A stretch of 64,000 nucleotides of DNA, from positions 1 through 64,000 of the IMG/VR virus record IMGVR_UViG_3300037502_002960, one strand, 5' to 3'. Source of the DNA: a virus. Numbering within the stretch: position 1 is the stretch's first letter; each line of letters opens with the position of its first letter. The notes below the pieces were generated by a model. It had not been told where the DNA came from, did not search any database, and saw only the letters and a list, made by a program, of their open reading frames with translations. Shown here piece after piece: positions 10,201-20,775 of the stretch. A program made the position numbers and the translations under genes.

Positions 10201-13200
10201 TAGCGGTTAAATCACCTAGAACTTTTTCAACATCATAATTCATTGCCAATTCTAACTCTTCTTCGCCAACAGTTCTTATGTTTTCTTTTACATCGTCTAC
10301 TCCAACATTTAGGTCTTCTAGTTCTCCTCCTAAATCTTGAATAAATGTTATCTCACCATCTCTCATAAAGGCTAACTTTAGATTGCCTGCGTCTGTCTTT
10401 ACAACCTCTATTTTACCATTTACTTTTTCTAACTGTTCTTCCATGGCTGTCAATAGGGGATTTTCTGAGCCATCAGCCATAACTAGCTTGAAATTACCAG
10501 CTTCGTCTTGGACAAATTTCAAATCCTCATCTATTCTTGCTAGCTGATTTTTAAGAGTGTTAAAATAAACCATCTCGTCTTCGGTGTTTCCACTTTCAAT
10601 AAAAGTATTAAGCTTGGTGTTTAAATCTTCAACAGACGATTTAAGCTCATCAGTCTTTTCTTTACTTTTGTCTTTTGCTTCATTGTTTTTCTCAATTTCT
10701 TCCGTGTTTATTTTAATTTCATCAGTATCAGCATTTATACTTAATTCAATATCGTATTCTTCTGCTAGCGCTTCAATTTGATTAAATTGCTTTCTAGCAT
10801 CTTCTGTTAACTTGCCTTCTTCGTCAAACTGTGGTGACCAAGATTCCATCAAGGTAAACATTTCTCTTAACCCACTAATGTTGTCCTCTACATAATCATC
10901 TGTTACACCAAAGAATACAGCTAGTTCTCTTACAGAGTCTTGCCAAGCTGTTGTATTTTCTTTATTTAACTGTCTTAATGCAACCAACATTTCTAGGTGT
11001 TCTTTTATGTTTTTAGTTTCTTCTGAATTAAATCCAAATAAAGCTTCGCTTACTTCTATAGCTTGAACGGTCTTTTCGATATAGTCGTCTAAGCTTTCGT
11101 TTAGTTCACCATCTACTTCTTTGGCTAACATGTCGGCTCTAAGAGCTTGGTTACCCATCTCATTAGTTAGGTTTACAGCCAACCTTTCGGCTTCGCCACT
11201 TGTAAATCCAAGTTTCTCTAAGTCTCCAGTTAAATCATCAAAACTTCCGATACTGTTTTCGGAAACCATATTAGTAACTTCTAATAAGCCGTCCATAGAC
11301 TTTGTAATTCTGTCTATGTTTTCTTGTTCATCGTCACCGTCAAATTCAAAGAAGCTGTCTGGTAAGTTGTTATAAACAGATGTCAATGTATCATTAAATT
11401 TCTTTAAATCTTCATCATCTGTAATTTTATCAGTGTATTCTCTCGTTTTTTCAGATAAATGTTTACCAAATTCTTCCCCAGTGGTTACTAATCTGGCTAC
11501 AGCACTATTGAAAGCTTCTTCTCTTTCCTCTACTGTCAAATCTTCGTTTCTTGCTATTTCCCTAAGTATTCCACTATTACTAGAAATTAAAGTTTCCACA
11601 GCATTTACACTATTTGCAGACATTTGACCTAGGTGACCACTAGCTTCTAATGAAGATAAGGTTACACTTCTTGCCAAATCAGCAGAATCTTGTAAAAGAG
11701 ATTCAAGTTCTTGTTGAGCAACAATAGCCTCAATTGTACGTTTTTGGACACCTTCGCCAGTATCCCAAGTTACCTCTTGGGTGTAACCATAGCTACCAGT
11801 TACATTAATTGTTTCTGTCTGTCCGTCCATCTCTTTTAATCTGTCAATAGTGTTGTAAAGCTCATCTATTTTACTAACACTGTTCTCAATATTGTCGTAT
11901 AATTCTTTAACATCTTGTTCATATTGTTCTAGTGTTAGATTTGCGTATGCCTCAGATAACTCTTCCGCATATTTTACATTATCTTTCAATGCGCTGGCTT
12001 CTCTTAAATGGGCTTGACCCTTTTCGTCAACGAATTTTACCATATTAGGCATTCTGTCCGCTAGCTCATTGTTTATTTCAAGATATTCTTCGTACTCATC
12101 CGTACCTTCTTGAATTAAACCACGCTGAACTCTACCGTTTAAAGTGTTGTACTTGTCAACCAGAGAATCTAGTCCGCCCTCAGTATTTCTATAGCTGTCA
12201 ACAAGCTTATCGTTAGACTCTTTTACTTTTCTCTGTATTTCTCTTTGTTCTTCGAGCTTACCAACAAAAAACTCTACAGCTTTACCGACAGCAAAGAATG
12301 TGGCGCTTAAAGCCAATGATGCTCCTAAGGAAACTAATCCTGCACCTAAACCTTTTAATAAACCTTTTGTTTTTGCTCCAGCCATTTGACCTAACGACAT
12401 TGTTACTTGGTCTACACTTGCTTTAGCTTTTTCCATACCTTTTAAATCTTTTGTGACATCTTTTAAAGACACTCTAAATCCTTTAAACGTACTAATAGCG
12501 TTAAATATTGATGTTCTCATAGATGTTGATGCCCCAGCGACCCCGCCTAAAAGACCTATAACTAGAGGTAAAACACCATTATTTTCAACAAATTTTATAC
12601 CAACATTTCCTAGTGTTGTCAAACCATCAATAATTAAGTTTAAACTACTACTTAACACCGCATCACCGATAGCTAAAGAGAACTCAGTAAAAATGTTTTT
12701 AAGTTTGTTTATTTTTGCTTCAAATGACTCCATGTAGGCTTCGTTTTCTCTAATAGCAGAACCTTGAGATGTTAGAGCGCTTGATGTAGCCTCTGTAGCA
12801 ATATGCCAGTTGTTCATTAATGCTAAGAATCTTGATAGTTGGTATCTACCAGCCGCCTTTACACCAATATTTTGCTTTTCAGCATCAGTAAGTGTATGCC
12901 AAGTTTCACCAAGGTCTTCCAAAATATCTTGGGCTTCTCTAGCTTCACCTGCACTATCTTTTACAGCAACACCAACATTATTTAATGCACTTTCTGCACC
13001 TTCCATTGTTGTCAATCTTGAATAGATTGTCTTTAAAGAGTTACCCAGAACTTCACCTGTTTCACCAGTTAATGTTGAAATAGCTGTAATATGCCCTAAA
13101 CTTTCTTCCATTTCTACACCAAAAGTTTTTGCTACTGATGCAGATTTTGACATACCTTTTGCTAACTGTTGCGTTGAAACGGCAAAGTTGTTGTCAACTT

Positions 13201-15496
13201 CGTTCATTGAGTCAACGATTCTTACAGATTCTTCTGCAGAAATGTTAAAGGCATTCATAGTTGAAATTAGCGCTTGACCAGAATCTTGTGCAGATAAATC
13301 AGATACGTTAGCCATTAATGTTGCAGTATTTGTAATTGCTAACAATTGTGATTCATTAAAGTCTCCAAAAGTACGAGCAAAATCATTCATTGTTTGCATT
13401 ACATCATGAACATTATTACCTAGCTCTTTAGATAGCTCCATAGTACTAGTAAAGATGTTATCTGGGTCTAAATCCTCAGATAAAACACGTCTAAGCTCTG
13501 TCATAGCTTTATCTACTTTAAGAATTTCTCTTGTCATATTTCTTACAGAACGTAATGTACCATAGAATAGTGTCATTGCACTCATCCAGACAGGCACACG
13601 AGCCATAGCAATTTTGAGCTGTTCCATAACGCCTAAGTTTCTATTTACGTTATGTTCAATGGCTGAACCAGATTGAGCTAATTTTTTAGCATTTCTGTCT
13701 AATTGCAGGTTATATGTTTCAATTTCTTTTCCTTTACCAGCCATCTTAACACCAATTTTATCAATCGTTCTACCAAACTTATCTTGTTCAGTAGTTAAGC
13801 TGATTGTTTCTACTTTACCTTTGTAAAGTTGACCGATGTATTTTTTAAGCGTGTCAACATCTTTAGCATTAACAGCATTAGAGATATTATTATATTTATA
13901 AATATCTAAGGCGGTTGCCTGTGTTTTTTTACCAGATAAATCTATTAGGATTTTTTCGTTCTCTATTCTTTTTCTCATTTCAGAGTTATACTTTTGTGTT
14001 TGTAGTCGTAATCTTTCTAATAATGCTCTAGCTGAATTTCCGCCATCTTTATTTGCTTGACCAACAACTACTTTTATTTGTTTTTCTAGCTCTAATCTTT
14101 CTTGTGCTGATGAACTGTAAACTCTAGTATACCTATCAAGCTCTTTTAAAAGCTGATTTTCAAGTTTCATTGACTGAACTCTGTTTGTTCTAAAGTCAGT
14201 TCTTTTTACTATAGCCTGTAATTGCTCTTCAACTTTAAGGTAATCTCTACCAGTTTTAGCATTATTCGCCATTGCTCTAGCTTGCTCAAGTAATCTTTTA
14301 GTTTTACCATCATCAGCATAAGAATTTTTTTCTAGAGAATTAATTCTTTTGAAGATATCCAATCTTCTCTTTTTTTCACTAATGACTTCTTTTTCAGATT
14401 TTACGTAATCATTATTACTGTTTACAATTTTATCTATTTCATTTCGATACTTTTTAACATTGGCTGTATCACTAGACTTTATTGCATTTTTAAGATTTTC
14501 TAAATCTTGTATACTGGCTTTAATAGAGCTGTCATAACTTTTGTCACCAGTTAAATCCGATTGCATTTTTCTCTGGCTTTTTGTTATTGATAATATTAAC
14601 TTCTCTCTATCAATATAATCATTATTTGTTTTTGAGATTTGAGATTGTAAAATATTTTCCTCTTTAATCTGTAATCTAAGACCCTCTACAGCCTTTTGAG
14701 TAATAGTCCCAGAGTTAACTTTTTTCTCAAGTTCTTCATATTGTTTTAATAGATTACTTTTACCTAATCCATCATCCATTTTGTCGATGTCTGAGTACAT
14801 TTTTCTTAAGGCTGTACCAGCTCTGTCAACATTTTTTTCTAAAGTATTAATTGTCTGTTGATTGATAGGTGAAAAACTATTCTTTTCAGAATCCCACTCA
14901 TATCTAATTTTTTGTACAACACCGTTTGCTTGTTGCAATTGTGCAACGAAACCTTGTAGATTTCCTTCTGCATCTTTAAACTCATGTGTACTAAACAATC
15001 CTTTACCAAATGTTTCATTCATAGCTGTTTTTACTTGGTTTATACCTTGAACCATTTTACCAGCATCAAAACCAGCAAACATACCTGTTTTACTACCTGT
15101 TTTGCCAGCACCAGACAAAGTTTTGTTCATTTTTTCTACTTGCGTACCATACTTTTTATTAAAGTCACCTACAGTCTTATAAATATCTTGTAGTTGTTTT
15201 TTAATATTACTTGCCGAACCAGCTACATCAATATCTACTTTAATTTTAAGCGGTTTAAAAGTTTTAGATGACTCCATTTTTGTCTTTAAAGCTCTTACTT
15301 CTCTATTTAGTTTAGATATAGTTGCATCTAACTCTACAGCAAGCTTTAAAGGGTTTTTTTCTAATGATGTTGACATCTCTTTAATTTGCTTTTTAATCTT
15401 TGGTAAGCTACCTTTTTTATCCAATTCTGCTCTAAGTTTCACAACCTCAGATTTCAAAAGCATACTTAAATCATTGTTACCTGCCAAATAAATCAC
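7265..15496 (-). CDS. Tape measure protein with C-terminal LysM domain
   Basis: 2743 aa, coiled-coil; TP901-type TMP core (VDKAMTELRRV..VDNNFAVST..GNSLKTIYSRL); LysM YHTIKKGDTMWDLANKYYG..LQVGKKLLIP; GGYTG..MLHKKELVLN tail. Confidence 0.92.
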   Translation of the reverse strand: MIYLAGNNDLSMLLKSEVVKLRAELDKKGSLPKIKKQIKEMSTSLEKNPLKLAVELDATISKLNREVRALKTKMESSKTFKPLKIKVDIDVAGSASNIKKQLQDIYKTVGDFNKKYGTQVEKMNKTLSGAGKTGSKTGMFAGFDAGKMVQGINQVKTAMNETFGKGLFSTHEFKDAEGNLQGFVAQLQQANGVVQKIRYEWDSEKNSFSPINQQTINTLEKNVDRAGTALRKMYSDIDKMDDGLGKSNLLKQYEELEKKVNSGTITQKAVEGLRLQIKEENILQSQISKTNNDYIDREKLILSITKSQRKMQSDLTGDKSYDSSIKASIQDLENLKNAIKSSDTANVKKYRNEIDKIVNSNNDYVKSEKEVISEKKRRLDIFKRINSLEKNSYADDGKTKRLLEQARAMANNAKTGRDYLKVEEQLQAIVKRTDFRTNRVQSMKLENQLLKELDRYTRVYSSSAQERLELEKQIKVVVGQANKDGGNSARALLERLRLQTQKYNSEMRKRIENEKILIDLSGKKTQATALDIYKYNNISNAVNAKDVDTLKKYIGQLYKGKVETISLTTEQDKFGRTIDKIGVKMAGKGKEIETYNLQLDRNAKKLAQSGSAIEHNVNRNLGVMEQLKIAMARVPVWMSAMTLFYGTLRSVRNMTREILKVDKAMTELRRVLSEDLDPDNIFTSTMELSKELGNNVHDVMQTMNDFARTFGDFNESQLLAITNTATLMANVSDLSAQDSGQALISTMNAFNISAEESVRIVDSMNEVDNNFAVSTQQLAKGMSKSASVAKTFGVEMEESLGHITAISTLTGETGEVLGNSLKTIYSRLTTMEGAESALNNVGVAVKDSAGEAREAQDILEDLGETWHTLTDAEKQNIGVKAAGRYQLSRFLALMNNWHIATEATSSALTSQGSAIRENEAYMESFEAKINKLKNIFTEFSLAIGDAVLSSSLNLIIDGLTTLGNVGIKFVENNGVLPLVIGLLGGVAGASTSMRTSIFNAISTFKGFRVSLKDVTKDLKGMEKAKASVDQVTMSLGQMAGAKTKGLLKGLGAGLVSLGASLALSATFFAVGKAVEFFVGKLEEQREIQRKVKESNDKLVDSYRNTEGGLDSLVDKYNTLNGRVQRGLIQEGTDEYEEYLEINNELADRMPNMVKFVDEKGQAHLREASALKDNVKYAEELSEAYANLTLEQYEQDVKELYDNIENSVSKIDELYNTIDRLKEMDGQTETINVTGSYGYTQEVTWDTGEGVQKRTIEAIVAQQELESLLQDSADLARSVTLSSLEASGHLGQMSANSVNAVETLISSNSGILREIARNEDLTVEEREEAFNSAVARLVTTGEEFGKHLSEKTREYTDKITDDEDLKKFNDTLTSVYNNLPDSFFEFDGDDEQENIDRITKSMDGLLEVTNMVSENSIGSFDDLTGDLEKLGFTSGEAERLAVNLTNEMGNQALRADMLAKEVDGELNESLDDYIEKTVQAIEVSEALFGFNSEETKNIKEHLEMLVALRQLNKENTTAWQDSVRELAVFFGVTDDYVEDNISGLREMFTLMESWSPQFDEEGKLTEDARKQFNQIEALAEEYDIELSINADTDEIKINTEEIEKNNEAKDKSKEKTDELKSSVEDLNTKLNTFIESGNTEDEMVYFNTLKNQLARIDEDLKFVQDEAGNFKLVMADGSENPLLTAMEEQLEKVNGKIEVVKTDAGNLKLAFMRDGEITFIQDLGGELEDLNVGVDDVKENIRTVGEEELELAMNYDVEKVLGDLTATKLSLEDLDRTFGQIEGKVSKLEEIGTALKDMFSNILDSVASLFSDSKGDIDELRESAINAQSAVNDLEDALKDIKNLASRIDRKGIDKLKDSVEKADDKVKDLKKSLEKLDVEKIVNFRDKFNDMADKSSKSFEDMKSGVSRNTNSMITKHKQQVNVIDKIRRSANDAKTAVINMNTSARNAMSTLDTYITKANRAISAGNRVPSTPSTGVFGGIRNFFMGRGIGQESGSVGALSGESGTSGSGGSGTSGTISQSVYVGGTNLDGDYQFSAYADELSDLFTYNKEERQASALNSNIGKIEARMNAMTEGTLKYRNALKQVVTEEQRLLAVQKKDLSNTKNRQKAIERQLSSLKNTSKHTKAQRDKYNDLMREYESNISKIQSLEKEVIDVTNSIKEKTTQMFEDWVAEITTNYEKIVTGIKDKTDDIEFEIEVAGLVDPDNIKKELSLLGERANSLRKEQATTKNMVSDLQKMYNDAVKKYGKSSKEAKNVEEKLRDAKESLEDITISVLNAEKNILDVRGSVADRGIEKLKSYYSQMQTMAQQAIDFERKELEKAHKSKMDKYDEEISKINAVYDEKLKKIDQEKNEEEFKEQLNEKNAKKADLTNKISILSRDTSLEGRKKLAEMQTELTNLNAEIVDMTKNRQDELFIQSINTQREEQIAKFETEKAFEEASYNSKLEKLEQESIAVNAFYEKMINDEQRWSEMRNQFIQGNFSTLNGELETMNQRLEEMANGNFNSIGENFANLSSEIKKEFENMFNLDVKNLTFELEGILKNIRDAEEVKYKAYTGSGSTASKPSQTTAKSSTGSSGSSSSSKPKPAPSPRYHTIKKGDTMWDLANKYYGNSLQWKKIAEANSKIDPRRLQVGKKLLIPFRSGGYTGEWAGDDGRIAMLHKKELVLNENQTKNILDTAKIMDKVKNILPKVSTSNHMDKLQTAGSISTVTYGDIIVNVHGADKKSEKNIAREILKEVKKSGR

Positions 15497-15527
15497 CCCT
15501 CATATACTAGTTTCTTGACACTAAAAA

Positions 15528-15560
15528 TAAAACAGCCAAGAAACTATGCTTGGCTGTTTT
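15528..15560. terminator. Bidirectional hairpin terminator between the recombinase and tape measure genes
   Basis: AAAACAGCCAAG-aaactatg-CTTGGCTGTTTT. Confidence 0.6.
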
Positions 15561-16549
15561 TAAAATAAATCGTCTAAATCATCGTCATTATCTCTTACAA
15601 TATAAATTTCTGTTGTTGTAGAACTTTCATGTCCTAATAAAGCCTGTACAGCCTTAATGTCTTTACCTTCTTCAACAACACTATTAGTTGCTCTACTACT
15701 TCTGAATAAGTGGGGATGAACTGGTCTTCCACCTAGAATTTCGCTAAACTGTTTGCACCACAAGTTAAACGCATTTGCTGAAACTTGCTTGTATCCATCA
15801 CTCATTTTTCTTGCAAAAACAAAGTCACATTCATCTTTCACACCAGAATTTTCTCTATATTCTAACCATCTTTTTATTGCCTTCATTGCTTTTTCGTCAA
15901 AGGCAAACTTTCTTTCTTTACCTTGTGCTCCCCTACCCTTGGCTCTGATTTTATGTGTTATATAAAAATTCTTATCTTTACCGTTCTTGTCTTTAGCTTT
16001 TTCATAATGAATAACTTCTTTTAATAATTGCCTAGATTCTTCTCTCCGACAACCTGTGCTATAAACAAACCTAATCCACGCTACCTTTTGCCATTCGCCC
16101 ATTTTTTCTAACTCAGAGACCAATGTTTCTATCTCTTTTGTTGATAAAGGTTGTTTTTCTTTGACAGCGTTTTTTGCCACGTTAGGGATAGCCTTTGTAA
16201 AAATATTCCTAAAAGTAGGGTGTTCATCATTATAATAAACTTCAATAAAACCACATAAACTTGATACAGCAGAACGCTTAAACTTAATCGCACTAGAGCT
16301 TAATCCTTTTTTAATCAAAAAATTCTGATATTTTAAAGCATCTCTAGGTTTTAAATCTGTTATATCTTTGTTCTTAGCATTATCATGAACCCACTTTGCA
16401 AAAATCTTTAAACCAGATTCATATTGTTTTAGTGTCTGTTTAGATAGGTGCTCTTGTGATAGGAATTCTTCGATTAATTCTTTGTTGTATTCATTTACAC
16501 TATTTTCCCAAAATTCTTGTGTTACCTCTTCTATTTTTTTAAATCCCAT
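15560..16549 (-). CDS. Tyrosine recombinase (XerC/D-like; SPbeta YomM position)
   Basis: Complete catalytic set: TGCR, K (AKG), HLFR, LGH, EIY; 329 aa; beside the tape measure gene as in SPbeta. Confidence 0.9.
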   Translation of the reverse strand: MGFKKIEEVTQEFWENSVNEYNKELIEEFLSQEHLSKQTLKQYESGLKIFAKWVHDNAKNKDITDLKPRDALKYQNFLIKKGLSSSAIKFKRSAVSSLCGFIEVYYNDEHPTFRNIFTKAIPNVAKNAVKEKQPLSTKEIETLVSELEKMGEWQKVAWIRFVYSTGCRREESRQLLKEVIHYEKAKDKNGKDKNFYITHKIRAKGRGAQGKERKFAFDEKAMKAIKRWLEYRENSGVKDECDFVFARKMSDGYKQVSANAFNLWCKQFSEILGGRPVHPHLFRSSRATNSVVEEGKDIKAVQALLGHESSTTTEIYIVRDNDDDLDDLF

Positions 16550-16564
16550 TTTAACTCACCATCT

Positions 16565-17038
16565 TTATGATTTTTTCTCAAGTTCTAAACTTATTCCTTT
16601 TGGTGCAAACTTCATAAACTCATCCATGACTCTAGGGATATATTTTGTACCATCAAAATAAGTAAACCTATACACTTCTTTGCCGATTTTTCTTTCTAAT
16701 TTTTTAGAGTGCCAACCATAACTTATTAGAATTATGGCGTGACCTTTACTGCCACCTTTGAAAATAGATGGGTGATATGCTAAACTGTCATCATATTCAA
16801 GTCTTATACCGTAATATCTCTGGTCAATTCTGAAAGGTTTACCTAATTTAATTGATTTTTGAGCATCTCTTGTTCTAATATACTGTTTAGGCTGGTAACT
16901 ATTCATGTCTTGTCTCCAAAGTTTTACAGCTATATATTTTAATCTTCTAGCCTCTTGTTGTAAGGTTTTTAAAGCTTGGTCTTCACTCATACCAGTTAGC
17001 TGACTTTGTAAGCCTTGACTTAAATTATTCTTTGCCAT
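16565..17038 (-). CDS. Tail module protein (possible tail completion protein)
   Basis: 157 aa; YQPKQYIRT motif; synteny. Confidence 0.5.
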   Translation of the reverse strand: MAKNNLSQGLQSQLTGMSEDQALKTLQQEARRLKYIAVKLWRQDMNSYQPKQYIRTRDAQKSIKLGKPFRIDQRYYGIRLEYDDSLAYHPSIFKGGSKGHAIILISYGWHSKKLERKIGKEVYRFTYFDGTKYIPRVMDEFMKFAPKGISLELEKKS

Positions 17039-17528
17039 CTTTGAACACTTCTAGTGCTTGAACATTATCAATTTTTGAAAGAATTTCATCTGACTCTTTT
17101 TCAGCCTCAGTGATATTTTCATTCATTCTATCAATTGATAATTTAAGCAATTCATAAATTTTAGTTACTTCATCTTCTGGCAATACAGAAATGATTTTAC
17201 CAAATAATCCTAAGTCAATTAAAACTGACATTGTGTCTAGTGCATCGTCAATATCTTCTGGAATGTCTAAATTAGTAAATTCTCTAATAATTAATAATGT
17301 AGAGTATGAAGTTGCTAAATCTAAAATTTCTGGTCTTGAACCTGCTTCATTAAAGAATTCGACCAAACTATCTAAAACATTGTGCTGTTTTGTTTGTCTA
17401 AAATGTTTGTCTACTTTAATTTTATATTCTTGACCGTTTACCTCAAGTTTATGTTCTTCTGTCTCGTTTAATTTCTTATTTTGCTTTTTTAACTCCGCTA
17501 AAGTTAAATTTTTCATTTTTTCTGCCAT
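17025..17528 (-). CDS. Putative tail assembly chaperone
   Basis: 167 aa, acidic, between the tail tube and tape measure genes; RBS AGGGG. Confidence 0.5.
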   Translation of the reverse strand: MAEKMKNLTLAELKKQNKKLNETEEHKLEVNGQEYKIKVDKHFRQTKQHNVLDSLVEFFNEAGSRPEILDLATSYSTLLIIREFTNLDIPEDIDDALDTMSVLIDLGLFGKIISVLPEDEVTKIYELLKLSIDRMNENITEAEKESDEILSKIDNVQALEVFKDGKE

Positions 17529-17695
17529 TTTATTATCCCCTTTTCATCATTTTGCACAAATTTTTACACTATTTTATATTATTTTAGTGTAAAGTGCACA
17601 GTTTTTTACTAAAAATTTTAGATAAAATTGTTCTTTTATTTATCTAAAATATAAGCTATAATATAATTGTAACCCATATTTTAAACAAAAAAATC

Positions 17696-17720
17696 GGGCA
17701 AACATATGTTATGTTTGCCC
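17696..17720 (-). terminator. Terminator downstream of the major tail gene
   Basis: GGGCAAACATA-tgt-TATGTTTGCCC followed by a U-tract on the minus strand. Confidence 0.6.
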
Positions 17721-17766
17721 TTATAAAAAATCATACTTGTCCCTATGTATCTCCTTTTTTCTCTAA

Positions 17767-18522
17767 TTACATAGTGATGATATCGTATAATTTGTTTGTA
17801 GTTGGGTCAACCAACACATCTAAGTTAAAATCAAATACAGAAACGTTTTCTACGTCCATTGTAAGTGAGAATGCAGATTGTAATTTAGCTTGTGGAATAA
17901 CAAACTGCATCTTGCGTAATTGACCATATTGGTCTTTACCTAATGTATCACCAACAACACGATATGTAGCAGGGAATGCGCTCGCTGAGAAAGTAATCTT
18001 AGAAGCATTTTCATCCATTAATTGATACTCATAGAAAGCCATTACTGTGTCACCAGCTACAGCGCCTGCTGTAATATCAACTTCACCACCAAGGTTTGCG
18101 CCCACAGTAACCTCAACCGCAGGGTCGATTACACCGTTTTTAACTAACATTACATTGATATTTTCTGCTGTTGCCTCCGCTAAAGTAATTGTATAACCGT
18201 TTGTTGCATCGCCTGCAACAGTAAGTGTTTCACGACCTACAACTGTAATACCTGCTGAACCATCTTGAACTGCGTTACCACTTAACATAGCAAGTGAAAC
18301 GTCAGAAAGTAAAGCGTCTTGCATAGTTAATGTCGCTCTACGACCATAATCCCAAGACATAAGCCTTGCTCCACCTTGACCGCCTGTTGCCTCAGCGCTC
18401 TCTGATTCATTTTCGATTGTTGACACTTTTAATGTATCAAAAAATAGTTGTGGTTTTCCTGTACTTACGTCAAAGAAGATAACATTTGCTACCTCTTTTA
18501 AACCATATCTTTTATTTGCCAT
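17767..18522 (-). CDS. Major tail tube protein (YomU-like)
   Basis: 251 aa; YGLKEVANV..LKVSTIEN..ATGGQG..LTMQDAL; strong RBS AGGAGG. Confidence 0.75.
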   Translation of the reverse strand: MANKRYGLKEVANVIFFDVSTGKPQLFFDTLKVSTIENESESAEATGGQGGARLMSWDYGRRATLTMQDALLSDVSLAMLSGNAVQDGSAGITVVGRETLTVAGDATNGYTITLAEATAENINVMLVKNGVIDPAVEVTVGANLGGEVDITAGAVAGDTVMAFYEYQLMDENASKITFSASAFPATYRVVGDTLGKDQYGQLRKMQFVIPQAKLQSAFSLTMDVENVSVFDFNLDVLVDPTTNKLYDIITM

Positions 18523-18570
18523 TTTTTAAATTCCTCCTGTTTATATTAAAAAATTATATGATAAAGCAGA

Positions 18571-19434
18571 TTATCCTCTGCTAGACCAGTGAGTTAATTC
18601 GACATCTTTTGCTCCTGCCATCATAGCTTTTATACTAATATCATAACCATCAATCATCTCTAACCTATTATATTCGTCATAGATTTGATAGATTGTGAAA
18701 TTCCACACATTAAGTTTGTTCATCGTATTACTTTTTGTGGTAACCGAGCTTACAATGTCAGAAAAGTCTTTGTCATCTTTTTCATCTTCATTTTGCATTT
18801 TCTTTCTATCTTGAACTTTTTTGTTCATATCCTTCATGTGTTGCTGTAACTTTTTAACTTCTTCGTCTTCTGATTCTACCTCTTTTTCATCTTCATAAGA
18901 TGGGGAATCTATGTAGTTTTGTAGTTTTACAATTTTTACAATATTATCAAAATTGTCTCTATTTATAACAATAATATCTTCTTCTTTTGCAGATTCTAAT
19001 TTTTCTTCGTTGTAATCAAAAAACTCTATACCGTTTTTATCTACTTTTCTCTCAATTATTCCTAGAGAATCAAAGTTAACGGCTATTGTTTTTTTGTCAA
19101 TAAAGAATAAATCCTCTGTTTGTAAAATAATAGACAAAGAGTTTAATAAATCGTATTTCATCATTTCTCCACCGAATGTCGTATAAAAGTCAAATAATTT
19201 TAAATCATCATAATTGTCTAAAATTATTTTCTTTTTATCTTCATCGAAAACAGAATCAAGTAAATCATCAAAAGACAAGGATAAAAGCTGAACACTAGAC
19301 ATATACTTTGTATAACCTATAGACTCTATTTCACCAAGTGTTAAAGGTTTGATATTTATATTGTCTACTTTCATTAATGAACCCTTTAAAAGAGACATTT
19401 TTAAATCTATAACCTTCATTTCTTTAAAATCCAT
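18571..19434 (-). CDS. Virion morphogenesis protein (YomV-like)
   Basis: 287 aa; WNFTIYQIYDEYNRL..MMAGAKDVELTHW C-terminus; synteny. Confidence 0.55.
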   Translation of the reverse strand: MDFKEMKVIDLKMSLLKGSLMKVDNINIKPLTLGEIESIGYTKYMSSVQLLSLSFDDLLDSVFDEDKKKIILDNYDDLKLFDFYTTFGGEMMKYDLLNSLSIILQTEDLFFIDKKTIAVNFDSLGIIERKVDKNGIEFFDYNEEKLESAKEEDIIVINRDNFDNIVKIVKLQNYIDSPSYEDEKEVESEDEEVKKLQQHMKDMNKKVQDRKKMQNEDEKDDKDFSDIVSSVTTKSNTMNKLNVWNFTIYQIYDEYNRLEMIDGYDISIKAMMAGAKDVELTHWSSRG

Positions 19435-19436
19435 GA

Positions 19437-20030
19437 TTAAAACAGCCTTTTAGACTTTTCAACCTCAATATCGGTTGGTGTCGTCTCTGGTGAGAAATAA
19501 TCAGAAAATAGTCTTATGGCATCAAACTTGGAATTTACTGAAAGATGCTGGAAACCGTTAAACGGCATAGTTATAATTGGATTGCCAGAACGTCTACCAA
19601 TTGTATTTACTATTTCTTCCATAATCTCATAAGGTCTAATAAACTCTTTTTTATAACTTTCATCCCAAGCCAGCCACAAATTTTTCGACACAATTATATC
19701 AATTACAAATGAAGATTCTCTAATTCTTTCACCGTCTAATTCTCCAGTAGAATAATAAGCTCTAATCATACTCTTATCTTCTATTGTTGCTTCTGGGTCG
19801 AAAGGTGTAGGAGAAATTCTACAGAAAGAATCGGATTGTTTGATAATTTGAATATTTTTTTTCTCCATATTATCTTGAAAGCTATTAAAACCATCTGGTC
19901 TACTAGCAATGTCAAAGTTGCTAGAGTCTTTGTCTATGATTAGTAGACTTACCAGCCTGTCATTATATCTAAGCTGATTCATAACCTTTACAACTTCATT
20001 TGACATATTACTTATTTTAGCCATTACCAC
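19437..20030 (-). CDS. Putative tail terminator / head-tail protein
   Basis: 197 aa; RPYEIMEEI motif; synteny. Confidence 0.5.
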   Translation of the reverse strand: MVMAKISNMSNEVVKVMNQLRYNDRLVSLLIIDKDSSNFDIASRPDGFNSFQDNMEKKNIQIIKQSDSFCRISPTPFDPEATIEDKSMIRAYYSTGELDGERIRESSFVIDIIVSKNLWLAWDESYKKEFIRPYEIMEEIVNTIGRRSGNPIITMPFNGFQHLSVNSKFDAIRLFSDYFSPETTPTDIEVEKSKRLF

Positions 20031-20773
20031 AATCCTCCTTCTGTCTCTGTAATGATATCTGTATCATCTGTATCGTAATTATTATGTGCGTAACCATTGA
20101 CGAAATCATCTTGAGTATTTTCTGTAGTTATTTTTAATGTACATTGAATAAGACCGTTGCTATTTGAATCAATGTTGGTTATATCATCTATACCAACAAT
20201 CTCATACACTTTACTATTAAAAATGAATCTAAAATTTAAATTAAAGTTTCTTGTCAAGTCATTACTTTCAAAAGTTAAAAACATCTGACCCATCGGCAAC
20301 CTAACATCATATTTGTTCCACTCAATGTCATTCTTGCTTTGCTTAGACTTAGAGCCTAAGTCAGTTGCAGAAACGATACATTTTATATCATGCTTTACGC
20401 CATCTTTGTCAACCCATCTTAATCTTTGATTTATTTTTAGCGCTAACATTTTTAAACTTGTTGATGCGTTACCACCATATTTATCTATTAACATATACCA
20501 CTCATCGTCTATAAGAACATTCATACCTATTTCCAATGTCTCCATAGGTCTAAGTATTACCTCTCTTAAAGTACCAAGTCTCTCAACTTCAACAACTCTA
20601 GCGTCAATTTCAGTAATTTCTATATGAGTTAAAGAGTCAACTTGTAGCCTCCTAAAAGTTGGAGATGAAGAAAAGTTCTCATTGATAAAGTTAATAGTAT
20701 TTTCTTGATAAACGTCGCCAACATTATCTCCACTTCTACCTAGCCTTCTTGAATACTTGTCTAGATATGACAC
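20024..20773 (-). CDS. Putative head-closure / head-tail joining protein
   Basis: 249 aa; synteny with SPbeta yomX. Confidence 0.5.
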   Translation of the reverse strand: MSYLDKYSRRLGRSGDNVGDVYQENTINFINENFSSSPTFRRLQVDSLTHIEITEIDARVVEVERLGTLREVILRPMETLEIGMNVLIDDEWYMLIDKYGGNASTSLKMLALKINQRLRWVDKDGVKHDIKCIVSATDLGSKSKQSKNDIEWNKYDVRLPMGQMFLTFESNDLTRNFNLNFRFIFNSKVYEIVGIDDITNIDSNSNGLIQCTLKITTENTQDDFVNGYAHNNYDTDDTDIITETEGGLW

Positions 20774-20775
20774 AT